A DNA stretch of 56,092 nt from Candidatus Geocrenenecus sp. JGI 0000106-J15 (GTDB lineage: Archaea; Thermoproteota; Nitrososphaeria_A; Caldarchaeales; Wolframiiraptoraceae), in the NCBI GenBank assembly GCA_000405685.1, contig ASPF01000006.1, positions 1-56,092 on the forward strand. The letters run 5' to 3'. The translations under genes were made by a program, and so were the position numbers. The notes beneath the pieces were generated by a model. That model worked only from the letters and a program-made list of their open reading frames with translations. It did no database searches and was not told where the DNA came from. Position 1 is the first letter of the stretch. Every line of letters starts with the position of its first letter. Positions 17,812 through 27,577 of this stretch are shown here, one piece after another.

Positions 17812-18145
17812 CTCTCTTTACTCCTAGAGACCTCCTAGCTCTAACATACAACTGTGGCCATTTAGATGCAATCTCTTTCTCAACAACCTTAGCGAGTAGA
17901 TCACTAATACTAAACCTCGGAATAATATTCTTCCAATAATTTAAAACAGCGCTTGCAATAGGAGAATAAAAAGCTAGCCTTGGCTGCTTCCTTGCACTTT
18001 CAATAGCAAGCCTCCAAAACTTCTCGTCAACCTTGCTTGAAGGCGCCGAGCTCTTCTTTACCAATTTTTTCCTTCCCAGCCGACCTCCACTTCTACTATC
18101 TCTTGTCTTCTTATTCCCATTAGTCATAGGTATAAGGTAAACCAT
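17801..18145 (-). CDS. Hypothetical basic protein
   Basis: 114 aa. K/R/S-rich N-terminus followed by a helical-looking C-terminal part. Overlaps the gyaR start by 11 nt. No family recognised, and the start could be the internal Met. Confidence 0.4.
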   Translation of the reverse strand: MVYLIPMTNGNKKTRDSRSGGRLGRKKLVKKSSAPSSKVDEKFWRLAIESARKQPRLAFYSPIASAVLNYWKNIIPRFSISDLLAKVVEKEIASKWPQLYVRARRSLGVKRGEK

Positions 18146-18184
18146 CCAAGATTAAACTTTTACCATGCTAATCCATCAAAATGA

Positions 18185-18243
18185 GTAATCCCTTATAGAA
18201 TGGATTACGTCTAGACCAACTAATCCATTAAAAATGGGATTAG
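18185..18243. promoter_or_regulatory. Two copies of the dyad TAATCC-N10-GGATTA (candidate operator pair)
   Basis: gtaatcc(18185..18191)-N10-ggattac(18202..18208) and ctaatcc(18220..18226)-N10-ggattag(18237..18243). An extra half-site ctaatccat lies at 18168..18176. Located in a 395-bp divergent intergenic region. Confidence 0.4.
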
Positions 18244-18540
18244 CGAACAATAAAGCATGCCTAACCGAATCCTAATATATAAAATATACTGAGATGACAA
18301 TGAGAAAACAAGGATTCGGATATCTACTCGAGACAAATCGGTGGGTGTATCGTATGGTTGGAATATTAGTACGTTACGAATTGATTTACTATTGGATCTG
18401 TCTCGATGAGTATGGGGCTAAGGTTGGCTAGGGGTATACGGTATAATGTATAAGGTAAACATTTTAACATCTTTTAAACACTCTTTTGTTACTTAGTAAT
18501 CTATTTATTGAAGTATAATGTTTTGTTTTTTTGATGTGCT

Positions 18541-19626
18541 GTGGTTTCCGAGAAGGATGTTTTAGAAGCATTGAAAAAGGTTATGGATCCTGAGCTTGGA
18601 AAAGATATAGTTAGCTTGAATATGGTTAGAGACCTGAGGGTTGAAGAAGATGGAGTTGTATCTTTTGTTTTAGAACTTACAACTCCTGCATGTCCTCTTA
18701 GAAGTGTCTTAGAGAAGAGTGCTAGAGAAGCTGTAGAGAAATTGAGTGGTGTTAAAGAAGTTAAGATAAAGGTCTCTTCTAGAGTACTTCCTTATCCAAG
18801 CCAGAAGAGTATATCGGGTGTGAAGAATATAATTGCAATTGCTAGTGGGAAGGGTGGTGTAGGGAAATCTACTGTAGCTGTGAATTTAGCTTTAGCATTA
18901 GCATCGAGAAAGGCTAGAGTAGGATTGCTTGATGCAGATATCTATGGACCAACTATACCTAAGATGCTTGATATTATCCGTCCACCCTTCTATGCAGGTG
19001 GAGATAGAGTTGAGCCTGCATTATCATATATGGGTGTTAAAGTTATGTCTATAGGGCTTCTCGCACCAGATGATACACCAATAATATGGAGAGGTCCTCT
19101 TGTAGGAAAAGCAATAGAAGAAATGTTAAATCAAGTAGATTGGGCTGATATAGACTATTTAATCGTTGATCTCCCACCAGGTACTGGGGATGCCTCGCTT
19201 AGCCTTGCTCAAGCAATTCCTCTTACAGGAGTAGTTATCGTTACTACTCCTCAGGATGCAGCTTTAAGAATTGCATTGAAAGCTTTAAGAATGTTCGAGA
19301 AGCTTAACGTTGAAGTAGTAGGAATAGTAGAGAATATGAGCTACTTTATCTGCCCAAACTGTGGTTCTAGATTAGAGATCTTCGGGTCTGGGAATGTGTA
19401 CAAGACATGCCAGGAACTGGAGATTCCTTATCTTGGTGAAATACCCTTATCTCCAGAAGTTAGAGAGAGCGGAGACCTAGGTAGACCAGTAATTATTAGG
19501 GACCCAGATTCTCCAGCAAGTAAAGCATTCATAGAGATCGCTGAGAAAATTGCAGGGAGAATAAGCATCCTAATTAGAAACAAGATCGAAGACTCTGATA
19601 TATCCAAGAAAGAAGACTCTATATAG
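18541..19626 (+). CDS. Mrp/NBP35/ApbC-type Fe-S cluster carrier ATPase with N-terminal DUF59/MIP18 domain
   Basis: 'MDPELGKDIVSLNMV' (DUF59), deviant Walker A 'SGKGGVGKSTVAVNLA' and 'CPNCG'. A GTG start is needed to keep the DUF59 N-terminus. Confidence 0.85.
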   Translation: MVSEKDVLEALKKVMDPELGKDIVSLNMVRDLRVEEDGVVSFVLELTTPACPLRSVLEKSAREAVEKLSGVKEVKIKVSSRVLPYPSQKSISGVKNIIAIASGKGGVGKSTVAVNLALALASRKARVGLLDADIYGPTIPKMLDIIRPPFYAGGDRVEPALSYMGVKVMSIGLLAPDDTPIIWRGPLVGKAIEEMLNQVDWADIDYLIVDLPPGTGDASLSLAQAIPLTGVVIVTTPQDAALRIALKALRMFEKLNVEVVGIVENMSYFICPNCGSRLEIFGSGNVYKTCQELEIPYLGEIPLSPEVRESGDLGRPVIIRDPDSPASKAFIEIAEKIAGRISILIRNKIEDSDISKKEDSI

Positions 19627-19629
19627 AAT

Positions 19630-20292
19630 CTATATAACGGGCTCCAACCCTGGAATCTTTATTTTATTATATAGCATATCTAATGCTTTCAACATTGAGT
19701 ATATCCAGATAAAGTATACTATGGTTATGAAGGCATATGTTTCAAGAGGTCTAAAGGTCTGAGCAGTAATAGATATACCAGTATTCAGGAACTCTCTAAC
19801 ACCTATAACTATTAAAGCTGTGGTACTTTTACCCATCGATGCAAGCTCATTCGACCATGCAGGTATAACAATCCTTAATGCTTGTGGAACAACAACGTAT
19901 AGAAAGATCTTCCATGTAGGTAGACCGAGTGATAAGGCGGCCATCAGCTGGTCTTTGAAAACTGCTTCCATAGCGCCTTTCAAGTATCCTTTCTGGTAGG
20001 CTCCACTATTCAATGCTAAAGTCAATATAGCTGTCAGCATAACATCCATCCTAATACCAGTTATCATTGGGATGGTAAAGTAGAATATGAAGAGTTGAAC
20101 AATCAATGGTGAACCTCTAAAGAATTCAACATAAACATTTACGATTATCTTAATGATTCTACCTCCGAAAATGTCTCCTAATGCTGCTAAGATACCTAGT
20201 ATTAATCCTAGACCTACTCCTATGAGAGTTACCTCCACTGTTATTATAAAACCATTTATCAGAAAAGTAGAATAATCAAGCAAGAACAACAT
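19630..20292 (-). CDS. Polar amino-acid ABC transporter permease
   Basis: 220 aa, multi-TM, with an EAA-like loop region ('AALSLGLPTWKIFLYVVVPQALR'). Confidence 0.8.
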   Translation of the reverse strand: MLFLLDYSTFLINGFIITVEVTLIGVGLGLILGILAALGDIFGGRIIKIIVNVYVEFFRGSPLIVQLFIFYFTIPMITGIRMDVMLTAILTLALNSGAYQKGYLKGAMEAVFKDQLMAALSLGLPTWKIFLYVVVPQALRIVIPAWSNELASMGKSTTALIVIGVREFLNTGISITAQTFRPLETYAFITIVYFIWIYSMLKALDMLYNKIKIPGLEPVI

Positions 20293-20303
20293 CTATGAAT
20301 TTC

Positions 20304-21038
20304 TCACCCTAAGATCTTAGCCATAAACTTTCTAGCTCTCTCAGTATTCGGAGACGTAAAGAAGTGGTCTGGGGAGCCGACTTCTAATACTTGACCTTGA
20401 TCCATGAATATCATTTCATCTGCAACTTCTTTTGCAAAGCGGAGTTCATGGGTTGCTACAAGCATTGTTGTACCTCTATCTGCAAGATCTTTCATCACAG
20501 ATATAACCTCCCATTTCAATTCTACGTCTAGCGCTGCTGTAGGCTCATCAAAAAGTACTACTTCTGGATCCATAGAGATTGCTCTAGCGATACCAACTCT
20601 TTGTTGTTGACCTCCAGAAAGCTGGGCTGGATAATAGTTAACCCAATCCTCCATTCTCACAAGCTTCAATGCTTCATAGGCTTTTCTTCTTGCTTCGGCA
20701 TCCGATAAACCTGATACATGTTTTAAGCCTAGCATTATATTTCCTAAAGCAGTTAAATGCCTGAAGAGTGAAGGCTCTTGGAAAACGAAACCTATTCTAG
20801 CTCTAAGCTTATTCAAGTCCTGTTTAGAAACATAGACATCTACTCCATTAAAGTATACTGAGCCTTTCGTAGGTTTTTCAAGTAAACCTAGGCATCTTAA
20901 TAATGTTGATTTTCCAGAACCGCTTGGACCAAAAATTACTTTTGTCTCCCCCCTACCTATTCCTAGGGAAACATTGTTTACTGCTATGACTTTTCCGTAT
21001 GCTTTCATTAATTCTCGGCATTCAAGTATGCTTGTCAT
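20304..21038 (-). CDS. Polar amino-acid ABC transporter ATP-binding protein
   Basis: Walker A 'GPSGSGKST', signature 'LSGGQQQR' and Walker B 'VLFDEPT'. Confidence 0.9.
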   Translation of the reverse strand: MTSILECRELMKAYGKVIAVNNVSLGIGRGETKVIFGPSGSGKSTLLRCLGLLEKPTKGSVYFNGVDVYVSKQDLNKLRARIGFVFQEPSLFRHLTALGNIMLGLKHVSGLSDAEARRKAYEALKLVRMEDWVNYYPAQLSGGQQQRVGIARAISMDPEVVLFDEPTAALDVELKWEVISVMKDLADRGTTMLVATHELRFAKEVADEMIFMDQGQVLEVGSPDHFFTSPNTERARKFMAKILG

Positions 21039-21685
21039 AATCCCAGCTCTCTCTTCTTACGGCTGCCCCATTTATCTAAATAATTTGCGACAGGAAAAGT
21101 CATGACTACGTATATTATCGCAGAAGAAATATAAGGAAGGATTAACGATCTTTGTGATGCTCTAAGGATATCTGTATGCTTCATTAATTCTATTACCCCG
21201 ATGATGAATGAATATGCTGAATCTTTTATTAGTAGTGCAATCTCACTACCTAGGCCTGGAACAGCTAAAAACAATGCTTGTGGGAAAATAACATATCTCA
21301 ATGCTTTTAATTGTGTTAAACCAATTGATATAGCTGCAAGCATCTGTGTCCTCCCTACACTACTAATAGCGCTTCTAAAGATCTGGGATTGATTTGCTCC
21401 ACTAACTATTCCTAACGAGATTACAGAAGTGAAGAATGGATCTTTAAAGATTGGGAGGAGCGGTCCAAGACCAAAATATAATAGCAGCATTACTGCTAGT
21501 ACTGGGACAGATCTGAAAAACTTTTCATAACTATCTGAAAAATATCTTAGAGGGGCTATACCATATATTCTCATAAATGCGAGAGATACTCCTAGGCCTA
21601 GACCAAGTAAAAAAGATAAGAAGGATATTGCTAAGGTTACTGGGACCGCTTTTAGCAGGAATACTATCTGTTCAACTGGTGTCAT
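21035..21685 (-). CDS. Polar amino-acid ABC transporter permease
   Basis: 216 aa, multi-TM, 'AAISIGLTQLKALRYVIFPQAL' EAA-like loop. 4-nt overlap with the ATPase gene. Confidence 0.8.
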   Translation of the reverse strand: MTPVEQIVFLLKAVPVTLAISFLSFLLGLGLGVSLAFMRIYGIAPLRYFSDSYEKFFRSVPVLAVMLLLYFGLGPLLPIFKDPFFTSVISLGIVSGANQSQIFRSAISSVGRTQMLAAISIGLTQLKALRYVIFPQALFLAVPGLGSEIALLIKDSAYSFIIGVIELMKHTDILRASQRSLILPYISSAIIYVVMTFPVANYLDKWGSRKKRELGL

Positions 21686-21703
21686 TTTGGATTATCAGGT
21701 TAT

Positions 21704-22669
21704 CTAACTTGGAGGTGAAGTCCACTTCTTATATAGTTCAGCAACTTTTCCTTCAACTATTAATTCCGAGAGTGCTCCGTTTATTTTAGAGACAAGTTCA
21801 TCAGAATCTTTGTGAGCTATAAACGCTACTGGCCAGTAAGGTTCACTGAAGATAACAACTAATGGTGTTTCTTCAGTCATTATCCACCATGTAGTTATTG
21901 GTGTCTCTGCATAGAGTGCATCAATCCTACCAAGCTTCAAGTCTTCTAAAGCTACTCCGAAATCATCGTAAGACCTAGCAGCATCTGAAGAAATCACCCC
22001 TCTCTTAACTAAATCCATTAACTCTGCTTCTTGAGTTGTTCCAGACCCTGTACCTACAATTAGCTTGTAGTCTGCAACTTGCTCAAGTTTCTCAAGTTGA
22101 GTTATTCCTAGCTTCTCAGCTTTATCTTTTAGCATTATTAGCTGTGATTCAGTTATAGTATGATATAGAGTGTATTGGACTACTTCTAGTCTTTCAGGAG
22201 TTACTGAGAAACCGCTTACTCCTAAGTCTATATCTTTGTGCTCAACTGCTACTATAATCGTAGCAAAATCCATCGTTCTCCAATCTACTTTTAATCCAAG
22301 TCTCTCAGCAATTAGTTCCATCAATTCTACTTCAAAACCTATTAGTTTTCCCGTTTTGGGGTCTAGAAACTCGAATGGAGGCCAATCTGGAGATGTCCCG
22401 ACAATTATTGTCCCTCTCTTTTGAATATTCTCCCAAACTACATCTTTAACAACTCCTGGAACTGTCTTCTCAACTGTTATGGTCTGAGTTATAGTTTGAG
22501 CTGCTCCTACGGTTGTAGTAAATGTTCTAGTAACTGTTACTTCTCTAGCAGGTATTAAAAATGGCTCGACAGCCGCTATGGCAGCAAGCACTACGATTAT
22601 CACAACAAGTATTGCGACTGTTTTGGATATTCCCCCAGTCTTTTCCTGAAGTTCTACTCTCTTACGCAT
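21704..22669 (-). CDS. Amino-acid ABC transporter substrate-binding protein (family 3), membrane-anchored
   Basis: N-terminal TM segment 'VAILVVIIVVLAAIAAV', a Thr-rich linker, then an SBP_bac_3-like body ('PPFEF', 'GFEVELM', 'DLGVSGFSVTPER'). Confidence 0.75.
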   Translation of the reverse strand: MRKRVELQEKTGGISKTVAILVVIIVVLAAIAAVEPFLIPAREVTVTRTFTTTVGAAQTITQTITVEKTVPGVVKDVVWENIQKRGTIIVGTSPDWPPFEFLDPKTGKLIGFEVELMELIAERLGLKVDWRTMDFATIIVAVEHKDIDLGVSGFSVTPERLEVVQYTLYHTITESQLIMLKDKAEKLGITQLEKLEQVADYKLIVGTGSGTTQEAELMDLVKRGVISSDAARSYDDFGVALEDLKLGRIDALYAETPITTWWIMTEETPLVVIFSEPYWPVAFIAHKDSDELVSKINGALSELIVEGKVAELYKKWTSPPS

Positions 22670-22724
22670 ATTATAGTGTTCGTTTTGATAGTTATTAAAA
22701 GTTTCTTAGAATACTATTTTTAAT

Positions 22725-24914
22725 TTATTCTTCTTCAACGAAATCCGATATCTTCGGTATACTCAATGGTAGTCCTTTTCTCTTTCTTATCTCTTCTATT
22801 ACTTTGTCTCTGATTGACGATGGCACGGGCTTCCATGCATAGAATTCTGTGGCCCAGAACGCTTTACCCATGGTTGCTCCACGCATAACCTCGCTTAAGT
22901 CGAATGTTTCAGCTGCAGGGATCTCTCCTGAAACTACTGTTATGTATTCTTGTTGAGCAACCTCTAAGACTCTTCCTCTCTTAGATGTTATAACACTTGT
23001 TACAGCACCCATCAAGTCTGGGGGAACCTTGGCCTCAATCTTATAAACTGGTTCGAGTAGTATTGGGTTAGCACTTAATATGCTAGCATACATGCTTCTC
23101 CAGGTTGCTGGAGCTATCTGTGCATATCCTCGATGGACTGGATCTTCATGTAGCTCAACATTAACTAGTATTGCTTTTATACCACGCATATTCTCGCCAG
23201 CTAATGGACCTTCCTGTACGACTCTCTGAAACCCTCCAATAATCATCATCTTACTTTCTTGAAGGTATTGTGCTCCCTTAGTCATATCTACGAGAATGTT
23301 TCCCCTAGGGTCGATTGTCCAGATACCTCTAGCCATGTCTGCATCCCATCCATGATCTCTAAGTATTTTAGCTATCTGCTTTCTATCCATTTCATCAAAC
23401 AACTCTCCCCTTCTAATAAGCTCGACAATCTCTTCTTCAAGTGGTTCGACTTGAATATAGATCCTATTATGTCTATTAGGAGATTTTCCTTCAAAAACTC
23501 TACCTTTCTGGATTATGGTTTCTCTATAAAGAATTATTGGCTTACTAGCTACTACTTCAAGCCCAGCTTTAGCTATCCATGTTAAAGCTATTTCTAGATG
23601 AAGTGTACCCATACCGCTTATTAGATATTCACCTGTCTCAGGTCTTACGGTAGTTACAAGGGTAGGATCTTCAATACTAAGCTTATTCAAGAAGTCTACG
23701 AGCTTCGGAAGGTCTCTACTATGCTTAGGCTCTACAGATATTGTGACAACTGGTTCAGATACATACTTTAAAGATTCAAAAGGTATAGTTTCAACGGTGG
23801 CTAAGGTATCTCCTGCTCTAGCTTCTTCTATTCCAAGAAGTGCAGGAATATTTCCTGCAGGTAGGGTTCCAACAATCTCTCTATTTGGACCCATATAGAC
23901 TGTAACTTGCTGAATCCTCTTCTTGATGTTTCTTCCAACTATTAATATGTAGTCTCCTTCATTTACAGTTCCGCTAAACAATCTCCCCGTAGCGACCACT
24001 CCAGCTTGTGGATCAACTTTTACATCTGTAACCGCCAATACTACTGGTCCTTTCTCATCACAACTCCTCATTGCCTCTCCAACCTCATCTTCTATGCTCC
24101 CTCTCCATATCTTAGGTATCCTATACATTTGGGCAACATGTGGTGGAGGATGATGTGTTATAACCATCTCAAGTATAGCTTCATGAAGAGGCGTGTTCTC
24201 CCTAAGCCATTCTATGTCATTATTTGTAAAGGCTTTAAGGACATCTGAGAATTTTATCCCCTTCTTTTGAGCTTGATGAAGTGTGAATCCCCATCTATCT
24301 TTTGCACTACCGATAGCTACGTTGCCTGCTTGAAAACTTACTTTCCACTTCTCTCTATACTCGGGCTCAGCATACATTTCTATTAACTTATTAACTTCTA
24401 GAACTATTCTCCCCAAGGTTTCCTGTATCTTTTCAGGGGTGAGTCTAAGTTCTTTGATTAATCTATCAATTTTGTTAATATATAGAACTGGCTTTACCCT
24501 CTCTTGGACAGCTTGCCTAATAACGGTCTCAGTCTGCGTCATTACTCCTTCAACAGCATCTACCACGACTACAGCTCCATCTATAGCTCTTAATGCTCTA
24601 GTTACTCTACCACTGAAATCTACGTGACCAGGAGTATCTATCATATTTATTACATAGGGTTTACTATCCATCTCATAGTAGAGGGATATATTAGCAGCCT
24701 TGATAGTCATCTGCCTTTGTTGTTCCTCTTCAAGGTAGTCTAATGCTAATGCTTTTCCAGCTAATGTCGGAGAAAGTAAACCTGCAGCTGCGAGTAGGCT
24801 ATCCGTAGTAGTGGTCTTGCCATGGTCAACATGAGCAATAATACCTATGTTGCGGATCTGATCCTTCTGATGGAGTATATCTAAGATTTCTGAGATCTTC
24901 TTTACTCTAGGCAT
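22725..24914 (-). CDS. fusA: Elongation factor 2 (aEF-2)
   Basis: 'AHVDHGKTT', 'DTPGHVDF', 'NKIDR' and the diphthamide-site motif 'HEDPVHRG'. Confidence 0.95.
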   Translation of the reverse strand: MPRVKKISEILDILHQKDQIRNIGIIAHVDHGKTTTTDSLLAAAGLLSPTLAGKALALDYLEEEQQRQMTIKAANISLYYEMDSKPYVINMIDTPGHVDFSGRVTRALRAIDGAVVVVDAVEGVMTQTETVIRQAVQERVKPVLYINKIDRLIKELRLTPEKIQETLGRIVLEVNKLIEMYAEPEYREKWKVSFQAGNVAIGSAKDRWGFTLHQAQKKGIKFSDVLKAFTNNDIEWLRENTPLHEAILEMVITHHPPPHVAQMYRIPKIWRGSIEDEVGEAMRSCDEKGPVVLAVTDVKVDPQAGVVATGRLFSGTVNEGDYILIVGRNIKKRIQQVTVYMGPNREIVGTLPAGNIPALLGIEEARAGDTLATVETIPFESLKYVSEPVVTISVEPKHSRDLPKLVDFLNKLSIEDPTLVTTVRPETGEYLISGMGTLHLEIALTWIAKAGLEVVASKPIILYRETIIQKGRVFEGKSPNRHNRIYIQVEPLEEEIVELIRRGELFDEMDRKQIAKILRDHGWDADMARGIWTIDPRGNILVDMTKGAQYLQESKMMIIGGFQRVVQEGPLAGENMRGIKAILVNVELHEDPVHRGYAQIAPATWRSMYASILSANPILLEPVYKIEAKVPPDLMGAVTSVITSKRGRVLEVAQQEYITVVSGEIPAAETFDLSEVMRGATMGKAFWATEFYAWKPVPSSIRDKVIEEIRKRKGLPLSIPKISDFVEEE

Positions 24915-25348
24915 CTCCTCTCTTCTCCTTTATTACCAGCTTCTCCCATCTATTTAACGCTACTGATCTAAAGTAGTCAGAGAACTCTAAAAGCGCTAGG
25001 CATACACTATAATAGATATAGAGGCTAATATAGGCTATATACTTCATGTAGGGCGACAATGGTCTACCAACGCTCTATTAAATTAAGCTGGAGCCTCATC
25101 GTACATGACAAGATAAATTGTCAATTTCACGAATAAAGTATAGATTAAAATTCTTAGAGTTCACTTATACTTTAACTTATCAATCTTACTCGGAAATCAT
25201 TCAAAAAGTATGTCTCATTATGACCTTGATCTTAGAGTGGAGAGATATCCTACTTAGCTGTAACAATATTTTAGCAGGATCCAGAATATGCAATTAACAT
25301 AATCCTATGTTGAATATTGGAGGTCAATTCTTTATCCTTAGATATAAA

Positions 25349-25699
25349 TTAGACTTCAATATCCGGTTTTCGCGTCAGAGTCATGTAGTCTGTCCGAGGC
25401 GGCACGAATACATCTATTACTAATACTTCCTCGATTGCATGGAATGCATGTTCTTCATTGGCTGGGATGAAGTATGAGTCGCCTTCTGAAACTTCTATCT
25501 TATTGTTTCTTGTTGCAAAGAATCCTCTTCCCGAGATAACCAATCCATACTGAGATTGAGGATGACTATGTATGGGTACTTCACCACCTGCCTTAATTTT
25601 AAACAACATTAAGAGGCAATTACCATCATAGCTTAAAGGAATTGCAGAAATCTTCTCCCTAATATTTAACCAAGAAGTTTTTCTCCATACTTTAACCAT
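25349..25699 (-). CDS. Cupin-domain protein
   Basis: 116 aa. Cupin motifs 'GGEVPIHSHPQSQYGLVISG' and 'GDSYFIPANEEHAFHA'. Confidence 0.7.
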   Translation of the reverse strand: MVKVWRKTSWLNIREKISAIPLSYDGNCLLMLFKIKAGGEVPIHSHPQSQYGLVISGRGFFATRNNKIEVSEGDSYFIPANEEHAFHAIEEVLVIDVFVPPRTDYMTLTRKPDIEV

Positions 25700-25748
25700 G
25701 AGATAAATACGAAGGTCTTCAATTAATTAGTCTTTCTCCATTTTCAGC

Positions 25749-26312
25749 ATGGTCTCCAAGAAATATATCTTAGTAAATACTCTAAATTTATTGAGCAATT
25801 TGGACAAGCTTGACGTTAATATAAAAATTGCATGTAGATTTTATCAAGAACCAGCAGGATGGGAGAGAATATTCTCAAATTTATCTTCGAAGGGATGGAT
25901 AAGAATGGAGAGAAGAGCAGTAAAAGATGAATATGAGATTGAATTTACTGGAGAGAGCATCGATGGATTAGAGATCCTACTATCATTGAAAAGTAAGAAT
26001 GGTTTTCCAGATCTAAAGATGTTCAAGAAACTTATTGAAAACTTACTGACTGATTGCTGGTATATCGATATTTATTATTGTTTTAGAGATATCAACATAG
26101 AGAGAGTAGCTAGAGAGCTAGGTTTACATTCTAATTCTAATGAAGTAAAGAGATTAAAGTTTGAAGGCTCTGAAATTCTAGTTGAGACATACCCATCTGT
26201 AAGTAAGGTTATAATAAGCCACAGGGTTGATTTAAAAGGAGTTTACTATATTGAGAAAATCTATTCAAAACTTCTCAAGAAGATCTTAACTAGAGAGGTG
26301 AGTCAACATTGA
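25749..26312 (+). CDS. Hypothetical protein in the arcadin-1 position, first gene of the crenactin operon
   Basis: 187 aa with no recognised family. Its TGA stop overlaps the crenactin TTG start (26309..26312). The N-terminal part has a possible winged-helix-like pattern ('KGWIRMERRAVKDEYEIEFTGESIDGLEIL'); that reading is weak. Confidence 0.55.
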   Translation: MVSKKYILVNTLNLLSNLDKLDVNIKIACRFYQEPAGWERIFSNLSSKGWIRMERRAVKDEYEIEFTGESIDGLEILLSLKSKNGFPDLKMFKKLIENLLTDCWYIDIYYCFRDINIERVARELGLHSNSNEVKRLKFEGSEILVETYPSVSKVIISHRVDLKGVYYIEKIYSKLLKKILTREVSQH

Positions 26313-27577
26313 GCGAAGATTACAAGCGTTCACATGTATTTGGAATAGATTATGGTACAAGCGATTTTAAGTATGGTCCTATAACAATTGGTGAAGTACC
26401 AGAAGTAGTAGAGAATAGAGGCTATTTTATTGAGAAGACCTCTATTATGTCTAGAGTAATGGGTGTAAACAGAGATATCGTAGTCGGCAGGGACCTCCCA
26501 TTATTCTTAGAATCAAGAGAAGATGTTGCTGAAAGGCTAGTATATCCTATGAGAAATGGTATAGTAGAAAAGAATGATCTAAAAGCTTGGCAAGTAATAA
26601 AAGAACTAACTAAGTATGCACTTGAAAACTATACTCCAAGTGACCCAGATTTTAGAGGATTCTATGTTGTTGCAAGTTTAGCAGTCGTAGCCCCTAGATA
26701 TATGTATGAACAATTATTCGATATATTCGGAGAACTAAATAGTGATAGGATCCTAGTTAGGGGGGCAACGATAATTCCTCAACCTCTAGCTGTAGCTATT
26801 GCTCATAAGATCCCAACATGTGTAGTAGTAGAAAGTGGTCATGGTAACACCCAAGTATGCCCAATCTCAATGTATCCAATAAGAAACGCAGTTGTAGCTC
26901 TTAATAGAGGTGGAAGCGCCGCCAGCGTCTTAACTTCAGAGATCCTTAAAGACTTAGGATATGGAGACTTGGCTAAAGAAGAGAAACTAGTTAGAAGAGT
27001 TAAGGAGCGGATAGGTCTCTTACCTCGACGGCTTGAAGAAGCTGTAGATTTTGCTCGGAAGAATCCAGATAAAGTAAAGAGAGAGATAAAGATAGAAGGT
27101 ACGAGAATCAAGATAGACTTAGGAGATGAAAGTTGGACAAGATTCTTGATCGGTGAATATACCTTCAACCCTGGGCATGAGATCTTTCAAAGCTATTTTA
27201 AGAGAGGTATGCCTAGACCAAGTGACGTAAAGATTGGAGATACTTATTTCTATGGAATGACAGATATGGCTGAAGCTGTAATTCAAGCAGTTGAAAAATG
27301 CTCGATTGAGCTTCAACCCCATCTATACTCTAAGATTATTTTATCAGGTGGAAATTTTAACTGGGATAGCCCTAAAGGATTAGAAGAAATCGCAGTAACA
27401 TCAGATACGAAGATAAAAATTATGTTAAAAGAGAAAGGAATAGAGAATGTTCAAGCAATAGTGGCTAGAGAGCCAACATATTCTGTATGGAGAGGATGCA
27501 TAGTCTATGGATATGCTGTTCCCTATGATTTTAAGTGGAGATGGGAAAGAATGGAGGGATGGTTAAATTATGCCTAG
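26309..27577 (+). CDS. cren-1: Crenactin (archaeal actin homologue)
   Basis: Near-collinear with Pyrobaculum crenactin as I remember it. Shared motifs: 'FGIDYGTSDFKYGPIT', 'PQPLAVAIA', 'VVESGHGNTQV', 'LNRGG', 'WTRFLIGE', 'ILSGGNFNW', 'PTYSVWRGCIVYGYA'. TTG start is preceded by GAGGTGA, and the first in-frame ATG falls after the phosphate-1 motif. Confidence 0.9.
   Translation: MSEDYKRSHVFGIDYGTSDFKYGPITIGEVPEVVENRGYFIEKTSIMSRVMGVNRDIVVGRDLPLFLESREDVAERLVYPMRNGIVEKNDLKAWQVIKELTKYALENYTPSDPDFRGFYVVASLAVVAPRYMYEQLFDIFGELNSDRILVRGATIIPQPLAVAIAHKIPTCVVVESGHGNTQVCPISMYPIRNAVVALNRGGSAASVLTSEILKDLGYGDLAKEEKLVRRVKERIGLLPRRLEEAVDFARKNPDKVKREIKIEGTRIKIDLGDESWTRFLIGEYTFNPGHEIFQSYFKRGMPRPSDVKIGDTYFYGMTDMAEAVIQAVEKCSIELQPHLYSKIILSGGNFNWDSPKGLEEIAVTSDTKIKIMLKEKGIENVQAIVAREPTYSVWRGCIVYGYAVPYDFKWRWERMEGWLNYA

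Noticed and set aside
18130-18460. 13-bp direct repeat gtataaggtaaac at 18130..18142 and 18448..18460, as target-site duplication of a small insertion
   Set aside because: There are no terminal inverted repeats inside. One copy overlaps a start-codon region. A 13-mer match in 56 kb of AT-rich DNA is within chance expectation.
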